Positions 56,167 to 64,000 of a stretch of 64,000 bases of DNA are shown here, piece by piece. Origin of the DNA: an uncultured Haloferula sp. (GTDB lineage: Bacteria > Verrucomicrobiota > Verrucomicrobiia > Verrucomicrobiales > Akkermansiaceae); the NCBI GenBank assembly GCA_965652295.1, contig CBFGTS010000004.1, positions 64,001 through 128,000 of the forward strand. Direction: 5' to 3'. A program made the position numbers and the translations under genes. Within the stretch, counting starts at the first letter, position 1. Each line of letters begins with the position of its first letter. The notes under the pieces were generated by a model. The model had not been told where the DNA came from and did no database searches. It saw only the letters and a program-made list of their open reading frames with translations.

Positions 56167-59094
56167 CTATTCCTCCTCGACGCGGAAGAACCCCTTCGGC
56201 GCGCCATCGAGTGGCGGGGGGAAGCCGAAGGTGTGCTCCGTGGTGATGCCTTGGGAATCGACGCCGGTAGCGGCCTCATAGGGGAAGCTCATGAGGTCGC
56301 TGGATGCGGCGATGCGATAGGTCCTGCCGGGGGAGGAGGACCACTCAAGCGTCGCGGAGCCCGACTCGAAGATGTAGGACTGGATCTTCGGCTCGTTCTC
56401 AAGCAGACCGAGCACGCTGGTGCTGAAGCTGGTGTAGGTACTGTAGGTGCCGTGGAACCAGAGGAGCGAGCGGTCGTAGCCGTGGTCCGCAGGGACAATC
56501 GGACGAAGGTTGTCGGCGGGCGACGCGGTGGTGAGCTGCTCCCATTCGAAGGTGAGCCCGCCATCGGGGGTGACGCCGCGCCAAATCTCGTAGCGTTCGT
56601 TCTGGCGCAACGGCACGGTGCTGATGCTGGACAGATCGAAGGGATTCGCGGCGTTCGACGAGATGTAGATGACATTCGGATTCTCCGGATCGATCGTCAT
56701 GCCGCCGCCGTAATCGTCTTCTCCGGAATAGAGCGGTCGACCGGCCTGGGCGATGAAGCGTTTCTGCCATTCCGTGCCGGTCCAGCGGGCGTAGTAGTAG
56801 TAGATGCGGTCGTGGTTCCAGCCGCTGCCGGTGACGTTGTCCACCTGCACCTGGAAGACGCAGACGGGGTGGCCGTCTTTTCCGTAGTGGACGTCCCAGG
56901 TCCAGCCGCGGCCGGTAGGAATCCAGTCGTCGGGTCCGTCGCCGGGGCCCCAGGCGCTGTTGGAGTATTGGTAGATCACGGACCCGCGCTCGCCGGCCTC
57001 ATGATCGAGCGGGAGGTTGTCGTAGGCGTCGATGACCGTGCCGTCGGTCTTCAGGAAGTTTCCGCCCTGATAGTACATGTGGTAAACGGAGTTGTTCACG
57101 TCGCGCGGGTGACCATCGGTATAGATGAGGTCGATGCGGTTGGTGCCGTTCGAGCAGTAGCGGGGATAGGGTCGGACGCCGCCGGCACCCACGCTGATGA
57201 ACTGGACGGAAGGGAGCCACGAATTCCCCAGGTCATCGGAGACGGTGATCGTGGGATTGAAGTTGATGCACCGGTGGAAGTTGTAGATCCGGTTCGACTC
57301 GTCGCTCAGCAGGTAGGTGTTGTTGTAGGTGTTGTTCGCCGGGACGGTGCGGGGGATCTCCGGACCCCAGTCCGCGAGGGTCGAGGGCAGGGGGACGAGG
57401 GAAGTGCGTTGGTAGAAGCGCGGCTCGGCGATGTGCTTGGTGTAAAGTGCGAGCAGCTTTCCATCCGGAAGAACGGTGATGGAGGGGTTGTTGTGATCGT
57501 CCTGCTGCCTTGAGGCGCTGGTGCTGATGATCATGTCGTAGCTGGTGTTCGTATCCGGGTCGTAGCGGGTGATCCCGTACTGCCCGTCGCCCTTCACGTA
57601 GCCGGCGAAAAGCGAGCCTTGGTGGAAGATGGCGCGCTCGTCGTTGAACCAGGTCCACGCGCCGTCTGGAGCGATCGGCAACGCGTTGCCGGGCAGCGGC
57701 GGGACGGAACCCGCATCGAGCGGATCGGAGTCTGCCTGGATTTCCGCGAAATCGCTGTGGCTGTCGCCGTCGGTGTCGACGAGGTAGGGATCGGTGCCGG
57801 CGGTTTCCTCTTCGGCGTTGGTGAGGCCGTCGCCGTCTTCATCGGCTTCGGGTTCGAGCGCGATGGCGGTCTTGTAGCCGACTCCGTCGTACCAGACCCG
57901 GCCGCCTTCGCCGATGCCGGCGACGTCGTCGATGTAGATGGTGAGATTGCCCGAGGTATCGCTGGTGAATTTGCCGAGCGAGGCCTGGCGCAGGACCCGG
58001 TTGCCTTCGGTGAGGAGCGGGCTTGTCGCGAAGTCACCGGCGGCGGCTTCGGGGGCGATGGTGGCGGTGCCGCCGGCGTTGTCGGTGGCGGCGAAATTCG
58101 TCAGCGGCGAGGAGGGTAGGAAATCGTCGGCGGGAGCGGCGGGGGAGCCATTGTCATTGATGTCGGCCAGATCACCGGAAGCCTTGAGACGCCAGTTGCG
58201 ACCGTCGTTCCAGAAGTAGGCGTAGAGGACGTAGTCGGTCTCGGGATCAAGGCCGGTGATGGTGGTGGCGAGGAGGGGGGCGTCCTCGCCGCCATCGGCG
58301 TTCGATTCAAGGACGTTGCTGTTGTTGCCGAGCGAACGGGTCTCCCAGTTGTTGTCGATCGTGGTGTTGCCCTCGGCCGCCGGGGTGAAGGTCGAGCCAT
58401 CCCAGCGGACGGTGTTCGAAAGAGAGGCATCGAGATAGGTGATGGGGTTGCCCGGCGGGGGAGTGGTGGTGGATTCGTAGGAAATGCCGTCATACCAGGT
58501 CCGGTTGTTGGCGGAAATGGTGGGTGGGAGGTCGTCGATGAAGACCGCGATTTCACCGCTGCCGTCTGCGATGGCGGTGCCGATCAGCCCGGCGTACATG
58601 GTGCGGTCGCTCTCCACGAAAACGGTAGGAGCGATGTCGTAGGAGAGTCCGCTGGCCGCAGTTCCCGCGGTGGCTCCCAGGTCCGGGGCGTCGGCCGGGT
58701 TGGCGAAGATGGTGTTGGTGTCGGCGGCGGAGGTGAATCCGGCCCGGACGCTCCAGTCGGGATCCGTGCCACTGCCGTCCCAGAAGTGGACATAGACGGT
58801 GTATTCCGTGCCGGGCGTGAGACCGCCGATCGTGGTCTTCAGCTCGGGCGCGTTTTCCACCGCTTCTCCGCCGGATTCATAGATGGTGCCCGCCGATGCG
58901 AACCCCGTGCGTTGTTCCCACTGGTTGTCGGCACCGGTGGTGCCGTTGAGGGGTGGCTCGAACGTGCTGCCGTCCGCCAAGGTGGTGTTGCCGCTGGCAC
59001 CGGCCGTGGCATCGACGTAGGTCAGGCCAGCGAGAATGGTGGAGCAAGGCAGCAGGGTGAGGCTGGCTGTGATGAGGCGAAGAGATCTGAACAT
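56167..59094 (-). CDS. Secreted BNR-4 repeat beta-propeller protein with two tandem N-terminal domains and FFRV C-terminal module
   Basis: Signal peptide; GAWTWFND.RA, DDHNNPS, SDD.G.SW Asp-box, RPYPRY; two DxDGD repeats. Confidence 0.82.
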   Translation of the reverse strand: MFRSLRLITASLTLLPCSTILAGLTYVDATAGASGNTTLADGSTFEPPLNGTTGADNQWEQRTGFASAGTIYESGGEAVENAPELKTTIGGLTPGTEYTVYVHFWDGSGTDPDWSVRAGFTSAADTNTIFANPADAPDLGATAGTAASGLSYDIAPTVFVESDRTMYAGLIGTAIADGSGEIAVFIDDLPPTISANNRTWYDGISYESTTTPPPGNPITYLDASLSNTVRWDGSTFTPAAEGNTTIDNNWETRSLGNNSNVLESNADGGEDAPLLATTITGLDPETDYVLYAYFWNDGRNWRLKASGDLADINDNGSPAAPADDFLPSSPLTNFAATDNAGGTATIAPEAAAGDFATSPLLTEGNRVLRQASLGKFTSDTSGNLTIYIDDVAGIGEGGRVWYDGVGYKTAIALEPEADEDGDGLTNAEEETAGTDPYLVDTDGDSHSDFAEIQADSDPLDAGSVPPLPGNALPIAPDGAWTWFNDERAIFHQGSLFAGYVKGDGQYGITRYDPDTNTSYDMIISTSASRQQDDHNNPSITVLPDGKLLALYTKHIAEPRFYQRTSLVPLPSTLADWGPEIPRTVPANNTYNNTYLLSDESNRIYNFHRCINFNPTITVSDDLGNSWLPSVQFISVGAGGVRPYPRYCSNGTNRIDLIYTDGHPRDVNNSVYHMYYQGGNFLKTDGTVIDAYDNLPLDHEAGERGSVIYQYSNSAWGPGDGPDDWIPTGRGWTWDVHYGKDGHPVCVFQVQVDNVTGSGWNHDRIYYYYARWTGTEWQKRFIAQAGRPLYSGEDDYGGGMTIDPENPNVIYISSNAANPFDLSSISTVPLRQNERYEIWRGVTPDGGLTFEWEQLTTASPADNLRPIVPADHGYDRSLLWFHGTYSTYTSFSTSVLGLLENEPKIQSYIFESGSATLEWSSSPGRTYRIAASSDLMSFPYEAATGVDSQGITTEHTFGFPPPLDGAPKGFFRVEEE

Positions 59095-59237
59095 CGGTGT
59101 GGTGGTGAGACGGAGAGATGGCCCAGACGCCACCGGAGCACCGGATGGGGCCGATGGAGCTGATGGGAAACCGGCCCGGGCGTTTCGACCCGGAAGAAGT
59201 CGCGACGGAGATGGAGGGCCGGATGGGCCGAGGACAG

Positions 59238-59272
59238 AAAGCCCGGGGACGATGCTTGATCCTCCCCGGGCT
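59238..59272 (-). terminator. Intrinsic terminator after PEP-CTERM gene
   Basis: agcccgggga/tccccgggct stem followed by a short T tract on the minus strand. Confidence 0.6.
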
Positions 59273-59288
59273 GGGTGAAGGGGTTGAA

Positions 59289-60026
59289 TCAGCGACGGCG
59301 GCGCAGGAGGCCAAACAGGCCAAGGCCACCGAGGAGCGCGATGGACGGCTCGGGGATAGGAGCCACCGTGCCGTTGACCACGATGTTGTCGAAGCGGAGC
59401 TGTTGATCACCGGACGACAGGTCGTCCGAACCGACGAGGCGGAAATACAGCGTCGAGGAGCTGGAAACGGTGGAGTTGAGACTCCCATTGGTGACCGGAC
59501 CCCAGCGGCTGTTGTCATTGCCGGTGCCACTGTTGGTGGCGCTGAAAACGGACGACTGGGCGAGCACGTTGTTGAACGCGGAGTCGGATGCGACGATCAT
59601 CTTGGTGTAAACCGTGTAAGGTGTGGAGTTGATCGACCCATCGTAGGAAAGAAATTGCCAGGTCACGGCGTTGCTCAGATCGAGCGTAATTGCCTGTCCC
59701 ACGTCGGGAGTGAGGTTGAAATTGACCACGTGGTCTGAGACTGCGGGGGCTGCGGTGTTACTGATGCTCGCGCCAAAGGTGAAGACCGAGCGTGTTCCCT
59801 CGATCGGATTCAAGCCCGAGGTGCCTCCACCGGTTTGACTCGAGCTGGTGGGATAGGTCAGCGTGGCGCTGGAGGCGGTCAAACCACTGGCGGGGGAGCT
59901 GACGTCGCCCGGAGACGAACTGTTGTTGAAGCCATATTGGGCAAGGACAGCCGCAGAGGCCGGAGTGCTGACCAGTGAAACGAAGGCGAGAGCCGACCAG
60001 GACGAGCGAGGGAAGGGGTTCTTCAT
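59289..60026 (-). CDS. PEP-CTERM sorting-domain protein (Ser/Thr/Asn-rich)
   Basis: Signal peptide; C-terminus IPEPSIALLGGLGLFGLLRRRR. Confidence 0.9.
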   Translation of the reverse strand: MKNPFPRSSWSALAFVSLVSTPASAAVLAQYGFNNSSSPGDVSSPASGLTASSATLTYPTSSSQTGGGTSGLNPIEGTRSVFTFGASISNTAAPAVSDHVVNFNLTPDVGQAITLDLSNAVTWQFLSYDGSINSTPYTVYTKMIVASDSAFNNVLAQSSVFSATNSGTGNDNSRWGPVTNGSLNSTVSSSSTLYFRLVGSDDLSSGDQQLRFDNIVVNGTVAPIPEPSIALLGGLGLFGLLRRRR

Positions 60027-60206
60027 GTTTGATGTCGATAGGTGAGTGGAGTCAGGATGGAGTCGGGATGCCGCTCAAACGCCGGAAATGGGCTTGATGA
60101 CGGCTTCCATGCCACCTGATGAGAGCGAGGGCGGTTTCCTTAGCAAAAGTCGGTGGGACTTTTTTTCGTGGGGGTGCTAAGATTTCAGCTGATCCGGACA
60201 TCGGTG

Positions 60207-60782
60207 ATGAAGATGAGGAGGGAAGGAAACGCCAACGAGACGGGAGCCGACAGGTTTCAGAGTCACGCTGGCGGGGAGGCGGTCGCCGAGGTCCACGCCT
60301 TGTTCATCCGGCACATCGACGTCATCCGTGGATTCATCCGCGGGCTGCTGCGGGATCAATCACTGGCGGATGATGTGCTGCAGGAGACCTTTCTCACGGT
60401 CGCTCGGAAAGCGTCGGACTACGAACCGGGCACCAGCTTTCCCCGTTGGGCGTGCGCGGTCGCGCGGTTCAAGGTGCTGGAAATGACGCGCCGCGAGTCG
60501 GGTAACCTGAGGTTTTTCTCGGGCGAGACTCTGGAGGCGCTCGCGGCGAGTCATTCACCCGAAGCCGAGGACATGCGGCTGCATTTCCTGGACGGCTGCG
60601 TGCGGGAGCTGCCGCCGACGATGCGGAATATGGTCGAGCGGCGCTACGTGGGTGAGCAGAAGCCGGCGGAGATCGCCCGTGAAGTAGGCTGGACGGTGGA
60701 ATCGGTATACGTGACGCTGTCGCGCGCCCGGGTTGCGATCCGGGAGTGCTTGCGGATGAAACTTCGCGAAGCGAACGACTGA
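60207..60782 (+). CDS. ECF RNA polymerase sigma-70 factor (Rhodopirellula/Verrucomicrobium-type)
   Basis: ADDVLQETFL, F..WA..VARF, VYVTLSR.R..IREC. Start uncertain. Confidence 0.88.
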   Translation: MKMRREGNANETGADRFQSHAGGEAVAEVHALFIRHIDVIRGFIRGLLRDQSLADDVLQETFLTVARKASDYEPGTSFPRWACAVARFKVLEMTRRESGNLRFFSGETLEALAASHSPEAEDMRLHFLDGCVRELPPTMRNMVERRYVGEQKPAEIAREVGWTVESVYVTLSRARVAIRECLRMKLREAND

Positions 60783-60790
60783 CCCCCCCG

Positions 60791-62455
60791 ATGGAAACCG
60801 ACGACGAGCATCGTTTCGAGCAGCTCCTTGACCTCTATTTCGAGGGGGAGCCTGGTGACGCGTCGATGTCGGAACTCGACAGGATGCTGGCGGGAAGTCC
60901 GGAGCTGCGTGGACGTTTCTGGGAACGGGCCACTTTGGAAGAAGGTCTCGGTAGCTGGGGCAACCAACAACGCGGGGAGGCGATCGCTTGGATGAACAAC
61001 CTTCAGACGTCCGGGCCGCCAGACAAACGGATGATGTATGGCGGGTGGGCGGCCGCTTGCGCCCTGCTGGTTGCATGGGGTGTGCATGTCCTCTGGAATG
61101 CGGAAGACACCCGCGGGCCCGCGCCGAGCGTCGAGCGACAGCAGGTCGGTCCGCAGGTCGGTCCGCAGATCGGCCCTGCAGACGCCGGCGGCTATCCGGT
61201 GGCGTATTTGTCCCGCTTGGTCGGGGTCGAGTCCCCGGTCCGCTATCTGGGTGGTCAGGCGCTCGGTGCCGGTGAGGAGGTGATGCTCGACGAGGGCTTG
61301 ATGGAGGTGGTGTTTTTCAGCGGCGCGCGCCTGACGGTGAAAGGGCCGGCCCAGTTTGTGGCGAAGAGCGACTTGGAGATCGAGTTCCTCAACGGTGGAG
61401 CGGAAGCGGTCGTCCCGGAAAGTGCCATCGGCTTCAAGTTGGTCCTGCCTGACGGCGTGATCACGGATTTTGGCACTAGCTTCGATGTCAGCGTGGAAGA
61501 GGGAGCCACCTCCCGCGTGCAGGTGCTGGACGGGGAGATCGAGTTCGACCCGGCAGGCAATGCGGTGGGACCGAAGCGGATGTTCGCGGGTGAAGCGATT
61601 TCGGTGGTCGCAGGCGGACGCATGGAGACCGCTGAGTTCCGCCCGCAGGACGTCGGGGCCTCGCTGGAAACGCTTTCTGCGGCCGAAGACCGGGTGCGGA
61701 TGACGCGGTGGATGGAGGTCGCCGGGAAACTCGACGAGGACCCTGGCCTGCTGGTCCACTTCAGCCTCTTGCCGGACGAAGCGGGTTCGATCGTCATCAA
61801 CAACCACGCCCGGCACGCCGTCGCTCCGCGCAGCGGCACGGTGATCTCCGCCGATTGGTCGAAGGGTCGATGGAAGGGTAAACCCGCGCTGTCTTTCCGG
61901 CGGCCGTCCGACCGGGTCCGGATCGATATCCCGGGTGACTACCCGACGGCGACCTTCATCGCGTGGGCGCGGGTGGACGGGCTGCCGCGCGAGTACAACG
62001 GACTGTTTTACAGCGAATGCGGCATCAATGGCGAGGTGCACTGGCAGTTTTCCTCCAGCGGTGCCTATCAGTTCGGCGTGAGGCCGCTCGGCGCTCCGAT
62101 CGTAAGTCCTTTTCACCGCGCCTTCAGCCCGCCTGTCATCTCGTCATGGGCGTTCGGGAGCTGGCGGATGTTCGCCACCACCTACGATGCGGAGGCGCGC
62201 GAAGTGGTCCACTACGTCGACGCGGCGGAAGTGAGCCGCACCACGCTGCCGGACTCGATTCCGCTCCGCTTTGGCCGGGCCACCCTCGGGAATTTCTTCG
62301 ATCCATTGGCAGAACAGCACGCCGATGACGACGCGCTCAGCCATGAATGGAGTTTCCGGAACTGGACCGGTGCCATCGACGAATTCCTGATCTTTTCCCG
62401 AGTGGTATCGACCGAGGAATTGAGGGATCTCTACGAGATCGGAAAGGTGGACTGA
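60791..62455 (+). CDS. FecR-like anti-sigma factor with C-terminal LamG/ConA-like domain
   Basis: TM segment, FecR motifs (GARL.V.GPA, D.GT.F.V, V.DG.I), LamG-like end (W...A.TYD...YVD...G.IDE..IF.R). Confidence 0.85.
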   Translation: METDDEHRFEQLLDLYFEGEPGDASMSELDRMLAGSPELRGRFWERATLEEGLGSWGNQQRGEAIAWMNNLQTSGPPDKRMMYGGWAAACALLVAWGVHVLWNAEDTRGPAPSVERQQVGPQVGPQIGPADAGGYPVAYLSRLVGVESPVRYLGGQALGAGEEVMLDEGLMEVVFFSGARLTVKGPAQFVAKSDLEIEFLNGGAEAVVPESAIGFKLVLPDGVITDFGTSFDVSVEEGATSRVQVLDGEIEFDPAGNAVGPKRMFAGEAISVVAGGRMETAEFRPQDVGASLETLSAAEDRVRMTRWMEVAGKLDEDPGLLVHFSLLPDEAGSIVINNHARHAVAPRSGTVISADWSKGRWKGKPALSFRRPSDRVRIDIPGDYPTATFIAWARVDGLPREYNGLFYSECGINGEVHWQFSSSGAYQFGVRPLGAPIVSPFHRAFSPPVISSWAFGSWRMFATTYDAEAREVVHYVDAAEVSRTTLPDSIPLRFGRATLGNFFDPLAEQHADDDALSHEWSFRNWTGAIDEFLIFSRVVSTEELRDLYEIGKVD

Positions 62456-62508
62456 GGCGTCGTGGTGGCCGGAGAGGAGTCACGGAGGTGGCGGTCCGGA
62501 TGGCCCGC

Positions 62509-63684
62509 TCAGAACAGGTGGGCACCTCGGGATGGACGGGATGCGAAGATCTCCGGCTTGATCCCGGTGGCCTTTTCATACTCGGTCGCCATGGTTTCCG
62601 CGATCTCGGCGGCGCGGCCGGACTCGCAGAGGGTGACGGTGGAGCCGCCAAACCCTCCGCCGGTCATGCGGGCGCCGATGACGCCGCCGGAACGGCCGAT
62701 GGCGCGGGCGATTTCCACCATGATGTCGAGTTCCTTGCAGGAGACCTCGAAGTCGTCCTTGAGGGAATCGTGGCTGGCGGCCATGAGCGGGCCGAGCGCT
62801 TCGAAGTCGTTCTGTTTCAAGGACTGCGCGGCACCGATGGTGCGGGCGATTTCTCCCACCACATGGCGGGCGCGGCGATTGACGGGGTCGTTGAGTTCGT
62901 CCCAGCGGCTTTCGACGTCCTCCGCGGTCACGTCGCGCCACGATGCCTTTCCGAGGAGAGCCAGGCCGTCCTCGGTGTTCTTGCGGCGCGCGGCATAGCC
63001 GCCGTCGGAGAGTTCGTGGTGAACCATGGTGTTGGCGATGAGCACGGTGAGGTCCGGGTTTTCAAACGGAATCAGCTCCGGTTCGCCGGTTTGGCAGTCG
63101 ATCAGGACGAGTCGGTTGGGCTGGCCGAAAGCGGACGCGAACTGGTCCATGATGCCACAGGGCACGCCGGCGAAGTCGTGCTCGGCCTTTTGGGCCAGCA
63201 GGGCCTTTTCCTTGGTCTCCAGCACCGTATCGAGCAGGCCTTCCAACAGCGTGGCGGCGGCGCACTCAAGGGCGGCGGAGGAGGAAAGCCCGGCACCGAG
63301 CGGGACGGATGAGACGATCCAGGCGTCGAAGCCCGGAATGTGATGGCCGCGGTCCTGAAAGCCGCGGATTACGCCGCGGATGTAGTTGGCCCATTTCGGC
63401 TGGCCGGGCTCCTTGCGCTTGGTGAGATCAAGCGTGACGACGTCCTGGCCGGTCGAGCCCACGTGCGCCTCACTGGTGCCGTTGGCGCGGGCGGCGATGA
63501 CGATGTAGCGCTCGATGGCGAAGGGCAGTACGAAACCATCGCAGTAGTCGATGTGCTCACCGATCAGGTTGACCCGTCCGGGCGCTGCCGCATGAAGGGC
63601 GGGCTCGGCATTGAACTGCTGGCGGAAAGCGGCATCGGCGTCGGAGGCGAGATCGGCAAGAGGTGGATTGAGCGGAAGAGCCAT
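62509..63684 (-). CDS. galK: Galactokinase
   Basis: APGRVNLIGEHIDY, GAGLSSSAA, CGIMDQ, GARMTGGGFGG. Confidence 0.95.
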   Translation of the reverse strand: MALPLNPPLADLASDADAAFRQQFNAEPALHAAAPGRVNLIGEHIDYCDGFVLPFAIERYIVIAARANGTSEAHVGSTGQDVVTLDLTKRKEPGQPKWANYIRGVIRGFQDRGHHIPGFDAWIVSSVPLGAGLSSSAALECAAATLLEGLLDTVLETKEKALLAQKAEHDFAGVPCGIMDQFASAFGQPNRLVLIDCQTGEPELIPFENPDLTVLIANTMVHHELSDGGYAARRKNTEDGLALLGKASWRDVTAEDVESRWDELNDPVNRRARHVVGEIARTIGAAQSLKQNDFEALGPLMAASHDSLKDDFEVSCKELDIMVEIARAIGRSGGVIGARMTGGGFGGSTVTLCESGRAAEIAETMATEYEKATGIKPEIFASRPSRGAHLF

Positions 63685-63780
63685 GAGAAAAAGGGCGCGG
63701 GTCGTTTGCGGTGGAGGTTGGCGGATGGGGTCGCGGGAGCAAAGGGGAAATAGGGTCAACCACTCCGAATGGGTGAAAGA

Positions 63781-63811
63781 AAACCCCGCCCGGAGCGGTC
63801 CGGGCGGGGTT
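63781..63811 (-). terminator. Intrinsic terminator after SSS transporter
   Basis: aaccccgcccgga/tccgggcggggtt hairpin with a T tract on the minus strand. Confidence 0.8.
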
Positions 63812-63838
63812 GGAAGGGGAAAGGGGCTTGGCGCTGGT

Positions 63839-64000
63839 TTACCAGAACATCGCGTAGAGGACGATGGTGAGGATGATCACCCCGACGCCCACGAACTTGG
63901 CCCCCGTGGAAGTTTCCAGAGAGATCTGGTCGTTCACCGGCAGTACGACCGGCTTTGCCAGCGGCTTGGCGATGGTTATGATGATCCCCAGTACGATCAC
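63839..64000 (-). CDS. 3' end of a sodium:solute (sugar) symporter, truncated by the window edge
   Basis: Minus-strand translation ends ...KFVGVGVIILTIVLYAMFW*, a typical SglT-type C-terminus; lies next to galK. Confidence 0.7.
   Translation of the reverse strand: MIVLGIIITIAKPLAKPVVLPVNDQISLETSTGAKFVGVGVIILTIVLYAMFW

Noticed and set aside
60100..60116. Sigma-54 promoter (TGGCAT...) upstream of PEP-CTERM 60026
   Set aside because: The -12 position reads GT rather than the required GC.
61141..61176. 12-nt x3 repeat (QVGP) as a phase-variation tract
   Set aside because: In-frame linker repeat; copy-number change would not shift the frame.

Overview
GC-rich bacterial chromosome segment, most likely Verrucomicrobiaceae (Haloferula/Luteolibacter-like). 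This is inferred from three 'PEPSxALLGGLG..RRRR' PEP-CTERM proteins, an ECF sigma/FecR-LamG pair and the Asp-rich secreted proteins. About 59 CDS were called; no rRNA, tRNA, CRISPR array or transposase was seen. Layout: (1) 1-6.6 kb surface-glycan modification cluster (methyltransferases, GT11-like, SGNH, rfbB, sugar kinase); (2) 6.7-39 kb mostly housekeeping genes (bcp, HIT, nrdR, sdhB, plsX-rpmF-yceD-gluQ, cysteine desulfurase, two-component pair, ribBA/dodecin, bioB, patB, ROK, coaX, amtB/porin, xerC, Fur), plus a repeat-rich DUF6600 lipoprotein and GTGG/GTAG REP/REPIN elements; (3) 39-64 kb a rhamnogalacturonan/pectin-degradation locus with no SusCD in the window. The locus holds two PL11 lyases (one fused to CBM35 and CE12), a BNR-4 propeller protein, a non-catalytic acidic repeat protein, three PEP-CTERM proteins, a periplasmic-sensor two-component system, an ECF sigma/anti-sigma pair, galK and an SSS transporter, with an ars operon wedged inside. 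The most notable signals are a shared ~75-aa '...Y.(L/I)...(S).DL..(W/F)...FFR(L/V)' terminal module on the large secreted proteins (candidate Verrucomicrobia sorting/assembly signal), recurring NarL-type 7-2-7 boxes upstream of the locus genes, and REP elements that supply a stop codon and a candidate start codon to the flanking genes. All family names come from motif recognition by eye; no database search was run.
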